Positions 1 to 9,030 of a stretch of DNA of 64,000 nt are shown piece after piece. This DNA is from Candidatus Thorarchaeota archaeon. Lineage in GTDB: Archaea > Asgardarchaeota > Thorarchaeia > Thorarchaeales > Thorarchaeaceae. The position numbers were made by a program, and so were the translations under genes. Position 1 is the first letter of the stretch; each line of letters starts with the position of its first letter. A model generated the notes under the pieces. That model saw only the letters and a program-made list of their open reading frames with translations. It was not told the origin of the DNA and did not search any database. The stretch is taken from positions 2,433,087-2,497,086 of the forward strand of contig CP070761.1 of assembly GCA_020348985.1 (NCBI GenBank), given 5' to 3'.

Positions 1-1
1 T

Positions 2-322
2 TGGACCCTGTTGACCTGGACGTGGTTGAATGAAGCCCATATTGACTCCACTCTGGAATGCGAATCGCATCGCTTCCATCTGGAAATTCTGCATCTTCTC
101 TCCAGTCAACAACTGGAGATGCTGAGGTGAGATCATGACTTGAGATTCAATCTGGATGTAGATCTGGTCATTCGGCCTGACAACCGTGAAGAAGTAACGC
201 ATGAACTTGACTTTGAAGAGATACTCAGCTCTAGGGTTTGAAATGCTTTCGACTTTGATTCCCTCTTTGGCGAACCATTCTCTTACTGTTCTCTTCGATT
301 TTGCCGAGGCTTTATCCGTCAA
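2..322 (-). CDS. DUF2299-like protein, 3' end runs off the window
   Basis: Manual translation from TTG at 322: (M)TDKASAKSKRTVREWFAKEGIKVESISNPRAEYPFKVKF..., open to the window edge; resembles the archaeal DUF2299 N-terminus. Not in the ORF track. Confidence 0.55.
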   Translation of the reverse strand, partial: MTDKASAKSKRTVREWFAKEGIKVESISNPRAEYLFKVKFMRYFFTVVRPNDQIYIQIESQVMISPQHLQLLTGEKMQNFQMEAMRFAFQSGVNMGFIQPRPGQQGP

Positions 323-385
323 GACAGAACTCTCCAGTCCACATTTGAAATCAGCGCCGCTCACTTAATGGTTGCGCTCAAATGC

Positions 386-1189
386 CTACTCCTTGAACCA
401 CACTACATCGTCGTACGCTGATGGAGCTCGGTCAACATAACATGTGATTTGCTCTCTCACGGCCTTGATCGCTGAAGTATCACAGACTGAAGTAAAGACA
501 TCGACTTCCGAATTGACCCTCGTTAATCGTACACCCCAGGGATCTACGACTTGACTGTGGCCGAAGTATGTCTTCTCTTCAAATGACGGACCCACTCTAT
601 TAGTCGCGGCCACGTATAGCTGGTTCTCGATTGCACGTGCAGCAACGAGCGTATCCCAATGCGCACTTCGCGGGTCCGGAAACGCTGCTGGAACCAAGAT
701 GAGTTCTGCGCCCGCAAGTGCAAGGGCTCTACTCACCTCAGGGAATCTGACGTCATAGCATATCTCAACACCTACGTTCATCCCGCCGATTTCAAACATC
801 GCAATCTTCTTGCCCCCTACGAAAACATCACGCTCTTCCTTAAAGGGGTGAATCTTGCTATAGGTCCCTACGAATGTTCCATCCGGTGATGCTACTACCA
901 ACGTGTTCAGAAACTTTGACTCTTGTCTCTCAATTCCAGTTCCTATGACGTACGCCGACTGCTCTTCCGCAAGAGAGCAAAGAAAGTCAGATGTCACGCC
1001 GGGAACTCCGGGGCCCTGTTGTTCGTAGTCAGAGTGACGGAAACCAATTGCAAAGAGCTCAGGAAGAAGAATGAAGTGTGGAGTGACATCGGTACGAGGT
1101 TCCTCCAGGACTGCTCTAGTCCCTTCGAAGTTTCGATTTCGGTCTCCTTCATAGCAGGGAGTCTGAACCAACGTCACTGCGAACTCCAT
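386..1189 (-). CDS. Carbon-nitrogen hydrolase (nitrilase/omega-amidase family)
   Basis: Catalytic triad motifs LPELF (E), YSKIH (K), ICYD (C); ARAIENQ; GHSQVVDPWG. Confidence 0.92.
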   Translation of the reverse strand: MEFAVTLVQTPCYEGDRNRNFEGTRAVLEEPRTDVTPHFILLPELFAIGFRHSDYEQQGPGVPGVTSDFLCSLAEEQSAYVIGTGIERQESKFLNTLVVASPDGTFVGTYSKIHPFKEERDVFVGGKKIAMFEIGGMNVGVEICYDVRFPEVSRALALAGAELILVPAAFPDPRSAHWDTLVAARAIENQLYVAATNRVGPSFEEKTYFGHSQVVDPWGVRLTRVNSEVDVFTSVCDTSAIKAVREQITCYVDRAPSAYDDVVWFKE

Positions 1190-1325
1190 GTTGACATCAC
1201 CTTCGAATGCAAGGACTGCTTCTGGGATTCATCACTTAAGACTGACTCGCTAGGAGCGTCCTGCAGGATGGCAAGGCTTAATATGCGCTCTTTGAGCAAG
1301 CGGCAACATCGGGCTCTCAACGGAC

Positions 1326-1649
1326 GTGCTGTTATTGGTCAACGAAGTTGACATCAATCCCAAGACTCGAGGCGACATGCCTAAGACATCCTACTCAAAA
1401 CCAACAATCGGTTCTATGGGCAAGACCGGGAGTTGGAGGACTTTCTCACCTGAGATCAACTATGATGAGTGCAGCAAATGCAGGACATGTTGGCTTCACT
1501 GTCCTGAGGCTGTGATCAGTCAAGATGAGGACGGCACTCCTCACATCGACTACGATTACTGCAAGGGGTGCGGCATCTGCGCTCAGGTCTGTCCGAAGCA
1601 TTGCATTAGCATGGTCAGAGACCTCGAGAAGAAGGAGGTTGAAGCATGA
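1326..1649 (+). CDS. porD: Pyruvate/2-ketoisovalerate:ferredoxin oxidoreductase delta subunit
   Basis: KTGSWRTF motif, two CxxCxxCxxxCP clusters, DYDYCKGCGICA; overlaps alpha start (ATGA). Exact start uncertain. Confidence 0.9.
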   Translation: MLLLVNEVDINPKTRGDMPKTSYSKPTIGSMGKTGSWRTFSPEINYDECSKCRTCWLHCPEAVISQDEDGTPHIDYDYCKGCGICAQVCPKHCISMVRDLEKKEVEA

Positions 1650-2821
1650 AGACTATGCTCATGAGTGCGAACTATGCAGCAGCACGTGCCACTGTGTCCG
1701 CGCGCGTTGAGGTTGTCGCAGCGTATCCCATAACTCCTGCCACAACGGTCCCTGAGCAGATAGCTCTTCTGAGCGAAGACGGAGTCTTCAAGGGAGAGTT
1801 CATCCGTGTCGAATCTGAACACTCGGCGATGTTCGCTTGTATAGGTGCGTCTTCAACTGGTGCAAGAGCCTTCACTGCAACATCTTCCAATGGGCTTTTG
1901 TACATGGACGAAGGTCTCCACTGGGCGGCTGCCGCAAGACTTCCCATTGTCATATCCAACATCAATCGGTCCGTTTCGCCTAGCTGGAACATTCACGTGA
2001 CACATGATGATAGCATGTCCAAACGTGATACCGGCTGGATCCAGTTCTACAGTGCAAGCGTTGATGAGTTGTATCACACAATTATCCAGTCTTTCAAACT
2101 TGCAGAAGATGAGAGAGTCCTTCTACCAGTCATGGTCAATGCTGACGGGTTCGTGCTGAGCCACACGGTCTCGACCTTTGACTATCTTGAACCCGAAGAG
2201 GTTGACAAGTTCCTTCCACCATACAATCCTCCTCATTGGAAGATGGATCCGGACGACCCTGTTTCTCACGGCAACATAGTGTTTCCTGAACACTATCAGG
2301 AGTTCAGGTATCAGATGCATGAATCGAACAAGAATGCTCTGACTGTCTTTGAAGAAGTCGAGAAGGAATACAAGAAGCTGTTCGGCAAATACTTCGGCGG
2401 TCCGATTGATTGCTACAAATGTGACGACGCAGAAGTGATTTTCACTTCACAAGGTACCATTGGGGCTGAAGCAAAGGATGCAATTGATGAACTGAGGGAG
2501 GAGGGACACAAGGTAGGAAATGCTCGAGTTAGAATGGTCCGGCCGTTTCCAGTTGAGAAGATACGGGAATTGGCTTCGAAAGTCAAGGCATTCGCAAGTT
2601 TTGACAGGTCTGCTTCCTATGGCTTTGGAGGTCCTGTCGCCAATGATATCCGAGCATCATTGTATCACACTGACTATAGACCGTTTGTGAAGAGTTACAT
2701 CGGTGGCTTCGGGGGCAGAGACATAACGGTTCCCGATATCAAAGAGATTGTCCTGGATACTGTGAATGTCGTCGAAAGCGGAGAGCTGGGTCCCGAAGAA
2801 ACCTGGCATGACTTGAGGTGA
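1646..2821 (+). CDS. porA: Pyruvate/2-ketoisovalerate:ferredoxin oxidoreductase alpha subunit
   Basis: AYPITP, VESEHSA, TATSSNGL, RDTGWIQ, GGRDI motifs. Confidence 0.92.
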   Translation: MKTMLMSANYAAARATVSARVEVVAAYPITPATTVPEQIALLSEDGVFKGEFIRVESEHSAMFACIGASSTGARAFTATSSNGLLYMDEGLHWAAAARLPIVISNINRSVSPSWNIHVTHDDSMSKRDTGWIQFYSASVDELYHTIIQSFKLAEDERVLLPVMVNADGFVLSHTVSTFDYLEPEEVDKFLPPYNPPHWKMDPDDPVSHGNIVFPEHYQEFRYQMHESNKNALTVFEEVEKEYKKLFGKYFGGPIDCYKCDDAEVIFTSQGTIGAEAKDAIDELREEGHKVGNARVRMVRPFPVEKIRELASKVKAFASFDRSASYGFGGPVANDIRASLYHTDYRPFVKSYIGGFGGRDITVPDIKEIVLDTVNVVESGELGPEETWHDLR

Positions 2822-3732
2822 GAAAGATGGTTGCAACCAAAGATATGCCTCAGAAGGAATATGTGCTCAAGGGGAATGCTGCGTGTGCAGGATGCCAGGA
2901 CATGGTGGCTCTGAGACATGCCCACAAGGCCCTGGAGGGCAATGTCATTCAGGTGGTCCCTGCCTGCTGCACAAGTGTTGTGCAATCCCTTTGGCCAAAG
3001 AGCTGTCTGGACATTCCGGTTCTTAACACAGCCTTTGCGGCGTCTGCAGCAACAGCATCGGGAGCACGGGCGGCTCTTCGGGCAAAGGGCATAACGGATA
3101 CAACAGTCATGGTCTGGGCAGGCGACGGAGGTACTTTCGACATTGGTATTCAGGCATTGAGCGGCGCATTCGAGCGCCGGACAGACTTACTTTATGTTTG
3201 CTACAACAACCAGGTTTACAGTAACACTGGGACGCAGCGTTCGGGAGCGACACCTCTCCACGCGCAGACCACCACGACGTGGTACGGCAAGAAAGAGCCG
3301 GAAAAGATGCTCGACCTCATTGTGGCGGCACATGAGCCAGTGTATCAAACAACCGCAAACTCTTCTTATCCCCGAGATCTCTATGATAAGTTCAAGAAAG
3401 CAAAGGAGATTGAGGGACCGAAGTTCATCCACATCTTTCTGCCATGTCCACAGGCTTGGAATTATCCGGTAGAGATAGGAGTTGAGATCGGCAAGCTGGC
3501 CGTTGAAACCGGTTATTGGATAATGTGGGAACGTCTCGGTGACGAATGGACTCTGGGTCGTCAGAGCAAGAGATTCCAAGACCCTGACAACAGGAAGGAC
3601 ATTGAGGAGTTTCTGAAACTGCAGGGCCGTTTCTCACACTTGTTCAAACCCAAGAAGGACGAGAAGAAGATCCAGGATCTCAGGGACTTCGTTCAGCATA
3701 GATGGGATGCTGTGCTCAGGACTTTCACGTAA
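2818..3732 (+). CDS. porB: Pyruvate/2-ketoisovalerate:ferredoxin oxidoreductase beta subunit
   Basis: ACAGC, TPP motif GDGGTFDIG...YNNQVYSNTG, PCP, QGRF. Confidence 0.92.
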   Translation: MRKMVATKDMPQKEYVLKGNAACAGCQDMVALRHAHKALEGNVIQVVPACCTSVVQSLWPKSCLDIPVLNTAFAASAATASGARAALRAKGITDTTVMVWAGDGGTFDIGIQALSGAFERRTDLLYVCYNNQVYSNTGTQRSGATPLHAQTTTTWYGKKEPEKMLDLIVAAHEPVYQTTANSSYPRDLYDKFKKAKEIEGPKFIHIFLPCPQAWNYPVEIGVEIGKLAVETGYWIMWERLGDEWTLGRQSKRFQDPDNRKDIEEFLKLQGRFSHLFKPKKDEKKIQDLRDFVQHRWDAVLRTFT

Positions 3733-3920
3733 TTGTGATCTCCGAGTACCCACATAATGGAACTGAATCCAAAACTAGGCAAAGGATTGCCCTTTTCTGT
3801 GCAATTCGTAACACCACGATTCGGAAAAGAATGATGACACACCTTAAGCCATCGATTTTCCGAACTAGGCTGTGTAGGTGAATAGATATTCTATTCCTAC
3901 TTCGAATCTGACAGATTACG

Positions 3921-4337
3921 ATGACAACAGCAGCCACTCTAATGGAGAAATACCGTGCCGAAGCCTCTAGTACTCCCAATGAAGCGTCCTTCAATGACGA
4001 GGGGGAATCCGTCAAGGTCATTGGTGAGACCAGTTGGACCCGTGTTCTGTTGATTCGACAGAAAGAGTCTCCCAGCGAAATCAGAATTGAGATAGAGCTG
4101 ATGCTTCCAAGAGCCACACGTGAACTCGTTCCCGGTCTGAAAAAGGATGAACCCATTCCTTGTCAAGTTGTCAGCGAGCTCGCAGAAAATACAATCGAGC
4201 ACATGAAGTACTTGCTGAACCTCTACCACTCGGGGTTCAACCTAGAGCTAATGGGAGAGTTCTGTCTATGGATAGCAACTCGCACATTCGAGGGGCTGCC
4301 TGGAAAAGCCATCTTCGAGGCAATCTGTCCGCCGTGA
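3921..4337 (+). CDS. Hypothetical protein, paralog of 7300..7725
   Basis: Clear similarity to 7300..7725 (FNDEGES/FNEDGES, HMKYLL/HMSYLL, CLW). Confidence 0.75.
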   Translation: MTTAATLMEKYRAEASSTPNEASFNDEGESVKVIGETSWTRVLLIRQKESPSEIRIEIELMLPRATRELVPGLKKDEPIPCQVVSELAENTIEHMKYLLNLYHSGFNLELMGEFCLWIATRTFEGLPGKAIFEAICPP

Positions 4338-4355
4338 CAGATACGAGATTACGAT

Positions 4356-5162
4356 TCAAGGTCTCTGAGATAGAAACCACTCAATCACTGCAGTGACTGT
4401 CTCTTCGTATTGTGCAGGATCGCTCAAGACGTGGTCTGCACCTTCCACAACTGCAAACTGCTTCGGCTCTCCAGCCTTATCATAAAGCTCCCTAACACCT
4501 TCAACTGGGATTCCGCGATCTGCGTCCCCAGTAATGATGAACAGAGGTCTCGGAGATATTCCAGGAATGTCCTTCATCGGATTGTAGATTATCGCATCTT
4601 CAACCATCCGTCTCAGAATCAGCTTGCGAGTTTCAGGGTTTTCTATGCCCCGAATTTGACTCGGATCGGTCTCTATGATTCGTTTGACCTCCGGCTCTAT
4701 CATAGGAGAAAGAGCGAACATGTATGTATCGAACACCGGTGCACGCACACACACTGCTTGAACGCGTTTGTCCTCTGCTGATGAGCAAATGGCCACAGCT
4801 CCGCCATAGCTAGCTCCATAGACGCCTATCCAATCATTGAATGTAAACTCAGATTCGAGGAGATACGTTACAGAATTCTTGGCATCCACTATCTCGCCGG
4901 CCAATCGAAAGAAACCATCACTTGAGCGGAATCCCCTAAAATCAAATGTCAAGACAGCGAATCCTACCTCTGCCAGTCTCGTGGCAATCCCTCCAACTTG
5001 ATCTGGTCCTCCCGGGAGCCCATGGTACTTGCAGATGCCTGGAAATGGACCTTCAGATGTGGGAGTGACAAGATTCCCCCGTACCGTTTCTCCACCACTT
5101 GTGAATTCGACAGGAACGACTTGTGTTTTGGTCAAGACAAGAAGCCATCCTTCAACCTGCAT
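4356..5162 (-). CDS. Alpha/beta hydrolase
   Basis: HGLPG, FDFRG, nucleophile elbow GASYGG, GDAD, GADH. Confidence 0.88.
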   Translation of the reverse strand: MQVEGWLLVLTKTQVVPVEFTSGGETVRGNLVTPTSEGPFPGICKYHGLPGGPDQVGGIATRLAEVGFAVLTFDFRGFRSSDGFFRLAGEIVDAKNSVTYLLESEFTFNDWIGVYGASYGGAVAICSSAEDKRVQAVCVRAPVFDTYMFALSPMIEPEVKRIIETDPSQIRGIENPETRKLILRRMVEDAIIYNPMKDIPGISPRPLFIITGDADRGIPVEGVRELYDKAGEPKQFAVVEGADHVLSDPAQYEETVTAVIEWFLSQRP

Positions 5163-5176
5163 TTTGCCCTCGGGAT

Positions 5177-5770
5177 CTACTTGGTTTGCCTTTCAACGCC
5201 GTCCCTAGAGATAAGATAGTCGCCTTCTCCGTGTTCAAGATTCTCGTATCTTGCCATCACAAAGAGCAAGTCCGAGAGTCGGTTGACATACCTGATAACT
5301 TCAGGATTGACTTCGGTTGTTTTCGAAAGGCTCAGGACTCTTCTCTCTGCCCGCCTGCACACTGTCCGAGCTTGGTGTAGGAACACGGATGCCTTCGTAC
5401 CTCCAGGTATAACGAAATTCGAGAGATGCGGCAGCTCCTCTGTTAGCTCGTCCGCAATCACTTCGAGTAATGAAACATCCTTGGCACCTACTCTCCTCAA
5501 ACCCGACGCTCCGCCACACTCTTCATGATCAGTCGCAAGCTCCGCGGCGACGTAGAACAGAAGTTGTTGAATGGAGTGTACATATTCTGAGATTCGACTA
5601 GAAGAATGTACTTTGGCAACACCTAGTACAGTGATCAGCTCGTCGAGGGTGCCATACGCTTCTACTCTCGGATCATCCTTTCCGATTCTCTCTCCAGAGA
5701 GCAAGCCTGTCTCTCCTTTGTCTCCTTTTCGCGTGTAGATGCTCTTCTTCGGCAATGCGGCACACCTCAA
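5177..5770 (-). CDS. pduO: ATP:cob(I)alamin adenosyltransferase (PduO type)
   Basis: IYTRKGDKGET, YGTLDEL, ARTVCRRAER, YVNRLSDLLF. Confidence 0.93.
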   Translation of the reverse strand: MRCAALPKKSIYTRKGDKGETGLLSGERIGKDDPRVEAYGTLDELITVLGVAKVHSSSRISEYVHSIQQLLFYVAAELATDHEECGGASGLRRVGAKDVSLLEVIADELTEELPHLSNFVIPGGTKASVFLHQARTVCRRAERRVLSLSKTTEVNPEVIRYVNRLSDLLFVMARYENLEHGEGDYLISRDGVERQTK

Positions 5771-5938
5771 AGGCTTGGTCTCAAAGTTTATGACTTGGTT
5801 AGATGAGCCTTTGCATTCGGCTGTCTAGCATTGCGAAATGGCAAGAACTTATGTGGAAGGGTGAAGCGGCACGACTGAAAGAGATATACTTCCGAAAATC
5901 GGTCCTGTCAGTCCCTTGAGCGAATATTCGGAGATAGT

Positions 5939-6865
5939 ATGAGCTCGACCGACATGGTGCAGAACATGGATCACGTAGACCGCGACATAATCAACGAACT
6001 CACTGCCAACTGCAGAGTGTCATATGAGACCATGGCCCGCAAACTTGGAATCACCGCCAACGCAGTTAGGAGGAGAATGCTCAATCTAACAGAATCTGGG
6101 GTTATATCCGAGTTCGTTCTTCTACCATCATTCGCCATGGTTGACGTGCACTTTCTGATTGGCTTGACGTGGACTGATGGGGCGAGAAATGACGATGAGA
6201 TTGTAGAGCTAATTGGCTCGCATCCATTCATCACGTCAGTAGGATTCGACTCCTTTGGGACTATCATCTTCAATGCAGAATATCCGGAAGATTCTGGACT
6301 TGAAGAGATTACAGACTTCCTTAGAGATGAAGTTAATGTCACAGATCTAGAGCTCCACCCTGTTTCAAGACCGCGGGGAGTCAAGTTCGAGCCTTCGGCG
6401 TTGCAGCTGAGAGTTCTTCGTTGCCTGGCAGAGGACCCGAGGATGTCTGTGACGACAGTCGCAGAGAAATCAGGGCTCACTGCCAAGAGGGTCAGACGGA
6501 TTATTGAACAGCTGCAGGATAGCAGGGGATTCGAATTCACCATAATCCGAAATCTCAACGCCGGATCCAACACGAACTTCGTAATACGCGTGGAATGGGA
6601 TGATGCTTTAACCGGTCCAGAAAATATCGTGAATTGGCTTGAGACAGAACATCCCAAAGAGTATTGGTATCCCAACATATCACATTCTGAAAGAGTGATG
6701 TTTCCAGTCTTTGTTGTAGATCATCTAAAGGATATCGAGGCTATCTTCAAGCACTTGATGGAACTTCCTAACATATTTCCACACGCGACACTGATACCAT
6801 ATCCCCGAAAGAGGTTTCCTGGATCTAGGGAGAGATACCTTCAGGAGCTTCTATCTCGGTCCTGA
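5939..6865 (+). CDS. Tandem (double-module) Lrp/AsnC-family transcriptional regulator
   Basis: Two Lrp wHTH modules (DRDIINELTANCRVSY..; LRVLRCLAEDPRMSV..) each followed by a RAM-like domain. Confidence 0.85.
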   Translation: MSSTDMVQNMDHVDRDIINELTANCRVSYETMARKLGITANAVRRRMLNLTESGVISEFVLLPSFAMVDVHFLIGLTWTDGARNDDEIVELIGSHPFITSVGFDSFGTIIFNAEYPEDSGLEEITDFLRDEVNVTDLELHPVSRPRGVKFEPSALQLRVLRCLAEDPRMSVTTVAEKSGLTAKRVRRIIEQLQDSRGFEFTIIRNLNAGSNTNFVIRVEWDDALTGPENIVNWLETEHPKEYWYPNISHSERVMFPVFVVDHLKDIEAIFKHLMELPNIFPHATLIPYPRKRFPGSRERYLQELLSRS

Positions 6866-7007
6866 TGCTGAAAGCCGTTTTCCGAACTTCCCAATTCGGG
6901 TTTTGGACATTGATTTGTCGGCTCAAGCTCATTCACGAACTGGACGTGTAACGCAGATAGATATGCCTTCAATGTGCCCACCGAAACGGAACGGTGGTGT
7001 ACGAATA

Positions 7008-7262
7008 ATGTCCATGGTGATACCAGAGAGTGCCCTTATTGTTCTGGATACACTTGTGAGTCATGGTCCCATGGCTCCAAAGGATATCAGCAAAAAGGCG
7101 AATCTGCCACTCCGAACAGTTAGCTTTGCCCTCAGGAGACTCACTCGTTGGGAATTGTGTCGAAAGATCCCCAATCTGCGTGATATGCGTCGACCACTCT
7201 ATCATGCAGACCAAGAAAAGATGAGAGCCGCATTCATGAAATACGGCCAGAAGATAGCATAA
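7008..7262 (+). CDS. Small winged-helix DNA-binding protein
   Basis: VLDTLVSHGPMAPKDISKKANLPLRTVSFALRRL...PNLRDMRRPLY; ATG at 7008 taken as start. Confidence 0.8.
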   Translation: MSMVIPESALIVLDTLVSHGPMAPKDISKKANLPLRTVSFALRRLTRWELCRKIPNLRDMRRPLYHADQEKMRAAFMKYGQKIA

Positions 7263-7299
7263 CCGACGAATATCTCCGACTCGGGTGTGAAGAACAAGT

Positions 7300-7725
7300 A
7301 TGAATCCTACCAATCTCTCAGAGCGATACTCCGAATATGCCTCTATTGCTCCGGAGGATCTCGAATTCAACGAAGACGGGGAATCCATTGCAACTCTTCA
7401 TCAGACAACCTGGGTCCGGATTCTTGCAGTCAGAAGAAAGAACGCTAAAGGCACAGTCTCAATCGAAGTCGAAATGTCGCTTCCAACATGTTCACCCGAA
7501 CCTGAATCCCAAACCAGAATGGGTCCAGACTGCTTGATGAGAGACGTGGTACTCGATACCATTGACCACATGAGCTATCTTTTGGAACTTAATGACTTGG
7601 GGTTTGAGCTGGATGTTCTCGGACATGACTGTCTATGGACTGCAGCGAAATCATTCAGTAAACCCCCCGAGTCAGGTGTGTTCGAACAGTTGGTCCCTCC
7701 ATCTCCGAAATCCAAGACTGGGTAA
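7300..7725 (+). CDS. Hypothetical protein, paralog of 3921..4337
   Basis: Paralogy with 3921..4337. Confidence 0.75.
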   Translation: MNPTNLSERYSEYASIAPEDLEFNEDGESIATLHQTTWVRILAVRRKNAKGTVSIEVEMSLPTCSPEPESQTRMGPDCLMRDVVLDTIDHMSYLLELNDLGFELDVLGHDCLWTAAKSFSKPPESGVFEQLVPPSPKSKTG

Positions 7726-7926
7726 AACGGTCAGGATTGACACAGCAGGTCATATTTGCTGTCGCATTTGAGTATCTCAGATTACTCGCGAGTTCTGTGC
7801 GTATGAATACTTTGAAGCATAGACTTAACATTCGATGTGCATTCGATGCCGCGAATCTACTCAGAGTATTCGTGCTCATCAGAATCGACTATTGATGACT
7901 TCCGGTTACTGCTCGGTGGTGTTTGC

Positions 7927-8856
7927 GTGGACCCTATCGACAAGGGCATTCTTTGGGATATGAGAACCGACTGCAGACAGTCCTATCAGTCACTTGCTCG
8001 TAAGTACGGTCTTACTGCAAACGCTATCAGAGGACGAATCGACCGTCTCATCAAATCAGGCATAATCGAAGGATTCCAGGTCGTCCCAAGTCTGACAATG
8101 ATGATGGCAGACTTTGTTATTGCTTTGGTGACACCTGATGGTTCACACAATCCAGATGAACTGATTGAGAAAATAGGTCAACATCCAATGGTTCTGCAGC
8201 TTGCATACATGACCAATAACGATTGTTTCGTGTATGGAGAATACTCTGGAACCTCAGGACTCCACAAGCTTGGGGCATATCTTCGCGGGATTGATGGAGT
8301 ATCAGCCGTTCAATTGCACCCATTGATTACTGAGAGAGGTGGCAGACTAGAACTGAAGAATCATCACTTGCTCGTTCTGAAGGAGCTACGTGATGATGCC
8401 CGAATGTCTGTAGCAGAGATCGCAACCCGTACTGGACTTACTGCTAGAAGAGTCCGTTCAGCCATAGCTGATTTCACAGAGTCTGATGCCATTCGGTTCT
8501 CAATTCAGTGGGCTCTCAATGCTGGAGGCAGCAATGCATTCTTTGTCTTCACAAGCTGGGATGAAGAGAAGACGAACTTGCAAGGCATCGAAGAATGGCT
8601 CTCAACCAAGTTTCCGGAGGATTATTGGCTTTCGTTTGTGTCTGCTGTGGAACCTCTTATCATCAGCATATTCGTCGTACCGCATCTTTCCCAGTCAGCC
8701 GCAATTCAGAGAGAGGTCAGGAGTGCTCCCTTTGTCATAGAAGCACGGACCCTGCTTGTCTTTCCCTCAAGGAAGTTCCAAGGACTACGTCACGATTATC
8801 TTGATACTGTCTTGGCAGGCATTGGCGAAGACATGGGTGCTGAGAAAAGGGATTAG
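7927..8856 (+). CDS. Tandem (double-module) Lrp/AsnC-family transcriptional regulator
   Basis: Colinear paralog of 5939..6865; GTG at 7927 (DPIDKGIL) aligns with the paralog start. Confidence 0.85.
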   Translation: MDPIDKGILWDMRTDCRQSYQSLARKYGLTANAIRGRIDRLIKSGIIEGFQVVPSLTMMMADFVIALVTPDGSHNPDELIEKIGQHPMVLQLAYMTNNDCFVYGEYSGTSGLHKLGAYLRGIDGVSAVQLHPLITERGGRLELKNHHLLVLKELRDDARMSVAEIATRTGLTARRVRSAIADFTESDAIRFSIQWALNAGGSNAFFVFTSWDEEKTNLQGIEEWLSTKFPEDYWLSFVSAVEPLIISIFVVPHLSQSAAIQREVRSAPFVIEARTLLVFPSRKFQGLRHDYLDTVLAGIGEDMGAEKRD

Positions 8857-9030
8857 CCTGACTGTTCCTGTTGGACTCGAACGTTGACGTCTCACATATG
8901 AAAGGATGCGATTTGTATCACAGGGTTTTATGAGATGAGAGTATGACTATCCAATTGAATGTTGACTGAAAGAGTTATACGGACTCATTTCTGACCCATT
9001 TTCCATTAGAGATGGGAAACATCAACTAGG

